In this document: positions 55,001 through 61,000 of the stretch, piece after piece
Layout of the letters: each line of letters begins with the position of its first letter
Position numbering within the stretch: position 1 is the first letter of the stretch
Assembly (NCBI GenBank): GCA_964523525.1
Contig: CAZFYO010000003.1
Span: 164,147-228,146, forward strand
DNA length: 64,000 bases
Direction: 5' to 3'
Source: an uncultured Elusimicrobia bacterium
GTDB lineage: Bacteria; Elusimicrobiota; Elusimicrobia; 2-02-FULL-39-32
Notes under the pieces: generated by a model
Databases searched by the model: none
The model's input: the letters and a program-made list of their open reading frames with translations, nothing else
What the model was told of the DNA's origin: nothing
Program-made: the position numbers and the translations under genes

Positions 55001-58000
55001 GGGCTCGCCCACGGCGCGCACCGCGGGCAACTCCTATAACATCAGCGTGCGCGCGACCGATGATTACTGGAACCTGGTGACTTCGGAAGGCCGCGACGTG
55101 GATGTGGAATCGAGCGATCCCTATTCCGACAACCCCAGCACCGCGTCTCTGGGCGGCGGCTTGCAGACCTTCACGACCTTCATTCCTCGCCGCGCGACCG
55201 CGGCTCTGAATGTATTCGCGTATGACGCGAGCGCTTTCAATCCCAAGCTGACGGCTTCCACCATCGCTGTTCAAATAAACCCCAACACCGCGACCAAGCT
55301 GATGGTGCTGCTGCCCGGAGAATTGCTGGAACAGGGCAAGGGTCCCTATGACACGGGCTTCACCGGCGGACGCAGCGGATCGCCCACGCCCGTGACTGCC
55401 GGAACCTCGATCATCGCGACGGTGCGCGCGGTCGATGATTATTGGAACCATAACACGGCGCCCTCGGTCGGCGTGACCGCGACCAGCTCCGATCAAAACG
55501 ATATCGAACCTTCGAACCTGGCGCTGGTGAGCGGAACCACGCAGTTCACATTCACCCTGGTGAGCGCCGGCACGCAGACCGTCATCGCGACCGATCTTAC
55601 GGCCGCCTTTGCGCTATCGACTTCGGCGGTCATCACCGTGAACGGCGGTCCGGCCGACCGCCTCCTGGCCCTGCTGCCCGGCGAAAGCCTGAACCGCGGC
55701 AAACCTCCCTATCCCGCCGGACCCAACTGGGGCCCTGCTTACAATGAAGGCGGCAAAAACGGCCAGCCGGACGAAGATGGAATCTCCGGCAACGGCGTCC
55801 AGGACTTCATCGCCGGAAAATCGTACAAGATGACCGTGTACGCGACCGACGCGCGCTGGAACCCGGACACGGCGAACAGCTATCCCGTGGCCCTGACCTC
55901 GAACGATCCGAGCTCGCTCAATATTTTGGGCAACAAGAACCTGGTCGCCGGAACGACGACCTTCGACTTCACGATCTATACCGCGGTGACCGCGACCGGA
56001 ACGGCGCGCAACCTGGTCGTGATCTCCACCGATCCCGCGCCCGACTGGACCTACACCTCGACTTTCACGCTCGTTCCCAACAGCTTCTCCAAATTCCGCA
56101 TGATGGGACCGGGCGAGACGCGCGACCCCGGAACCGTCGCGGGCAAGGCGGGAACCATCAGCCTGTCCACCGTTAACGTGAATATGCAGGTCATCCTGGA
56201 CGCGACCGACGACTGGGGCAACCTCGTGAGCACGAACCCGTCCGTGACCGTGCAGACGGATGACGCCTACGATTCTCCCGATCCGATTTCGCCCACGCTC
56301 GTGAACGGAACCTCGATCTTCTTCCTGATTCCCAAGACCGCGCGGCACTCGGGGCTGAACAGCACGCCGGCCACGACGCCCACCGTCGCGCGCACGACCG
56401 TGACCTATGCCGGGTTCCCGTCGGCTTCCATCGCCTACAGCGTGAACGCGAATGCCACGGAAAACTATCTACTGGTTCTCGTGCCCGGAGAAACGTCTCT
56501 CGGCGGCTCGGCCGCGGGCCGCACCGGAACGGTGCAGACGCAGGTGGCCGGCGCCAACTTCGTGGCGACCGTGCAGGCCGTGGACTCCCGCTTCAACCTG
56601 CGGACCGACAACCCGGCCGTCACCATCAGCATCAGCTCTTCGTCCGACAACTATTTTGATACGTTCAACTCCATCGCGATCACGAACGGCCAGGGCACGA
56701 TTTCGCCCGTCCGGTTCCTTTCGCAGGGCAACCACACGATCTCCGTTTCCGCCGCCGGCTGGCAGGTCAGAAATGACACGTCATCCGTCGTTCCTGTCGT
56801 GCCTTCGTCCTTCACTCAGCTGCAGGTTCTGCTGCCCGGCGAAACCGCGGTGGAAGGCAGCGCCACCGGCAAAGCCGGCGCGGTCTTCCCTTCGGGACTG
56901 CTCGCGGGCACCACGTTCAACATCACGGTGCGCGCGGTGGATAACCGTTTCAACCTCGTCCCTTCGATCTCTTCGACCGTTATCATCAATGGCTCGGATG
57001 TTTACGGCACCTATCCGCAGGGGACTTCGGGCGCGCTTTCTTCCAGCCAGAGGATTTTCCAGGCGGTGTTTGTCACCTCGGCCACCGCGGCGCAGATTTC
57101 CGCTTACGTTTCCGGCAATCCTCCGGGCATCTCGACCGGAACCTCCACCGGCTTCAGCGTGCTGGCCTCGACGCCCGAACAGCTGATGGTGGTCGTGCCC
57201 GGCGAAACGCTCGTGCCCGGACTGCCTCCTTATAATATGGGCGGCGGTAAAAACGGAACGCCGAATACCCAGCTGGCCGGCGTCTCCACCAACGTGGCGG
57301 TTTACCTCACTGACCGTTACTACAACCCCGTTTCCACCAACGCGGTGCCTTCAGTCCTTGCCGGCATCCGCGTGACCGACCAGTACGCGACCACTTCGCC
57401 GGCCAGCGTGAACCTTCAGCTTTCACAGGGCACCACGGGATTTGCCGTCACGTTCCGCAGCGCCAGCACGATCGGCTGGAAGATCACGGCCTCGACGCTC
57501 ACCGGCGTGCGCTACAACGATTACGTCACGGCCAACATACCCGTCGCGTTCGGCAGCCCGTCCAAACTCCTGCTCTTCACTCCGGGCGAAACGCGCCTCC
57601 CCGGCTCGGTCACGGGTAAGGGTGGATCCATCAACGGCCAGACGGTCGATTCCACTTTCACGGTCACCGTGCTCCTCACCGACAGCGACTGGAACATCGT
57701 GACCACCACGAACGCGAGCGTCTTCATCCGCACGCTGGATCAGTACGACATCGATCCCGCGACCTTCGTGGTGACGAACGGCAGCGGCACGGCGGACATC
57801 AATTTCCATACGGCGGGCAACTGGAACCTGGTCGTGACCACGGCGGCAGGGAACAATCTGACTTCTTACACGAACCCCACGGTTTCCGCGGCGACCGGAA
57901 CGGCGACGAAACTGCAGATCATCGTCCCGGGTGAAACGCATGTGCCGGGCTACGATTTCGGCAAGACGGGCGCGGTCATCACCCAGCAGACTTCTGAAAA

Positions 58001-61000
58001 TTATTTCAACGCCACGATCAACGTGACCGACAAATACTGGAACCGCAACCAGACCGCGAACACCAAGGTCGTGTTCGATTCCAACGATCCGTTTGACACG
58101 CTTTCATCCGATCCGGGAGAAGTCAACATCGTCAACGGTCAGGGCGTCGTGCCCGTGAAGCTCCGCACGCGCAACCTGACCACGGGCTGGACCATGACGG
58201 TCGCGACCGGACCTTCGGCGGTTGGAATCGAAACGACCTTCGCGGCGCACACTTCGACGCCGGTGCAGATCGCGCCTTCGACGCCTCTGCGCCTCGTCGT
58301 GCTGGCCCCGGGCGAACAGTTCCAGGAAGGTTCCGCCACCGGCAAGTTCTCCACCAACACCGTTCTCGCGCAGGTCGCGGGTTCCACGTTCAACGTGACC
58401 GTGATGGCCACCGACGCGGGCTACAACTTCGTCAACGACACCGCCACGGCGATCAGCATCGCTTTCAACGAGCCTTCTCCTTATGATGATGTTTACGCGG
58501 CCGTTCCTCCCGCGCTTTCGCTCGTAAACGGAACGACGACGTTCGGCATCTTCCTTTACACCGCGGAGAACAAAGAAACCAAGGTGAAGGCGTCCGGCGT
58601 CCTGACCGGCGCGACGCGTTCGTCCTCCACCGCGGCCATCCCTCTGCGGCACGACAATTTCGCGAAGTACCAGATCCTGGTCCCGCCCGAAACGAACGTG
58701 GCCGGCAAGCCTCCTTATAACATCGGCGTGACCACCGGCGGCAAGGCGGTCGTGGAGATCACGACCCAGACCGCGGGCGCGCCGTTCAACATCACGATCC
58801 GCGCGGTCGACCTCTACTGGAACCGCACCACGAACCAGTCTCCGACCGTCAACATTTACACCAGTGATCCCTACGACACGGAGATCGCGACCACGCTTCC
58901 GAACGGCGAGCGCATCCTGCCCTGGACGTTCGTGCAGGCCAACCAGGCCCCAGGCTACCGGATCTGGGTGGAAGACGGCAACCTGACGCGCACTTCGACG
59001 TCGCCCGTAATCCCCGTCAGCTATGGCGCCCCTGCGGCGCTTCAGGTCCTGCTGCCCGGCGAAACCGCGGCGCCCGGCAAAGTCCCCGGCTCCCCGGGCT
59101 ACAGCGCGCCTGCCGGCAAGAACGGCACGCCCGATATCTGGATGGCCGGCGTTTCCAGCGCGGTGCGGATCAACTCGGTGGACGTGAACTACAATATCGT
59201 CGGCAACGACGCGTCGCAGATCGTGGCCTATGCGGACGATCCCTACGACGCGCCCGCGACGTTCTCGCAGTTCCTGCAGAACGGAACCACGGTCTTCAAT
59301 TTCACGCTGGTCACGGCTTCCGGCGCGACGCGCATCCACGCTTATGACAACAGCCCCGCGATCCAGGGCTGGATCAACAACGGCAACCCCTACGATTCCG
59401 AACAGTTCATCGTTTATCCGAACTCGGCGACCAAACTGCAGGTCCTGATCCCGAACGAAATCGCGGTCCCCGGCGCGCCGCTCGGCAAGTCCTGGACCAG
59501 CATATCGACTCAGGTTGCGGGCACCGCGTTCAACGTCACCGTGAACTCGGTCGATAACTGGTACAACCTGGTGTCCTCGATCACGCCGCAGCCGCGCATC
59601 GCGGTGCAGACGAACGATCCCTTTGACACGCACCCGTCCTCGCAGATCTTGACCGCGGGATCCACGGTCTTCAGCTTCGTGATGGTGACGGCGAACCAAA
59701 ACCCCGGCTGGGTGATCCGCGCGAGCACCTGGAACGTGGGCGATCCCTTCCTTTATGATGACGGCGGTTCGCGCGCGGTGCCTCTGCGTTCCGGAGTGCC
59801 TACGCAGCTGCAGGTCCTGATGCCCGGCGAACGCGCTCTTTCGGGTGCGGCGACCAGCTACGGCAAATCCGGAACTCCCGACTCGGATGGCAACAACGCC
59901 AACGGCATCCAGAGCTTCGTGGCAGGCTCGGCCTTCGCGGTGACCGTGAACCTCGTGGACGCGTACTACAACGGCGCTTCCACCAACAGCGCCGTATCCA
60001 TCAACCTTTACACGCCGTTTGATCCCTTCGATGATCCCGCTCTGTCCGGTTTTGAATCGGGCTATCTGCCGGCCAACCCTCAGCCCCTGACGATCGGCTC
60101 CACGCAGGTGGTCTTCACCAACGTGCGGATGAACACCGCCTCCACACAGAGCTTCCGCGTGGACGGTAACCTGAGCGGAATCGCTTCCAGCACGTCGCCG
60201 ATCTTCATCACGACCCCCGCGGCGCCTTCGCAGCTCCTCGTAGTGATGCCGGGCGAAACGCGGGTCCAGGGCAAGTGGAACGCGATGCCTTACGGCCGCA
60301 ACAGCTTCACCGCCAGCACGCAGACGGTGGGGACTTCCTTCGGCGCGATCATTTACGTCACCGACCCTTACCTTAACTTCGTCTCGACCACTCTGCCGGG
60401 TTCGAACCAGATCACGGTCACGACTTTGAACGATCCTTATGACACGGAGCCGGGCAATTTCTCCATCATCGGCGGTACGGCCACGATTCCTCCTTCGGGC
60501 GCCGGCACCATCGCTTACAAGAGAGCCGGCATCGGACAGGTCGTGGCGACGGATAACCGCGCGCTCAGCCCTCTCGGAAACACGACGGCTTCGGAGAGCG
60601 CCTCCACCTTTACCGTCATCCCCGGCGCGCCTGTTTATATGCAGGTGGTCGCCCCGGGCGAAGTGGCGGTGCCCGGATGCGGACCCGGAGCGCAGGCCGG
60701 ATGCAGCGAGGGCCGCGCCAGCAACCTGCCTGACAACCAGGCGGTCGGCACTCCGTTCACGGTGACGGTCAACATCACCGACCAGTTCTGGAACGTGGTG
60801 AGCGCTTCCACCCAGATCATCAAATCTTCGTCCACCGATCCCAACGACGTGGATCCCGATACCGTCACGGTCACCGGCAGCCAGAGCTTCACGTTCAACC
60901 TGCGCCGCACGGGCAGCGCGGTCATCCAGGCGCACGACGCGGACCTTGCGTTGCCGACGCTGACCGCCGGACCCGCGCCCACGTTTGATTCCGGTTATAC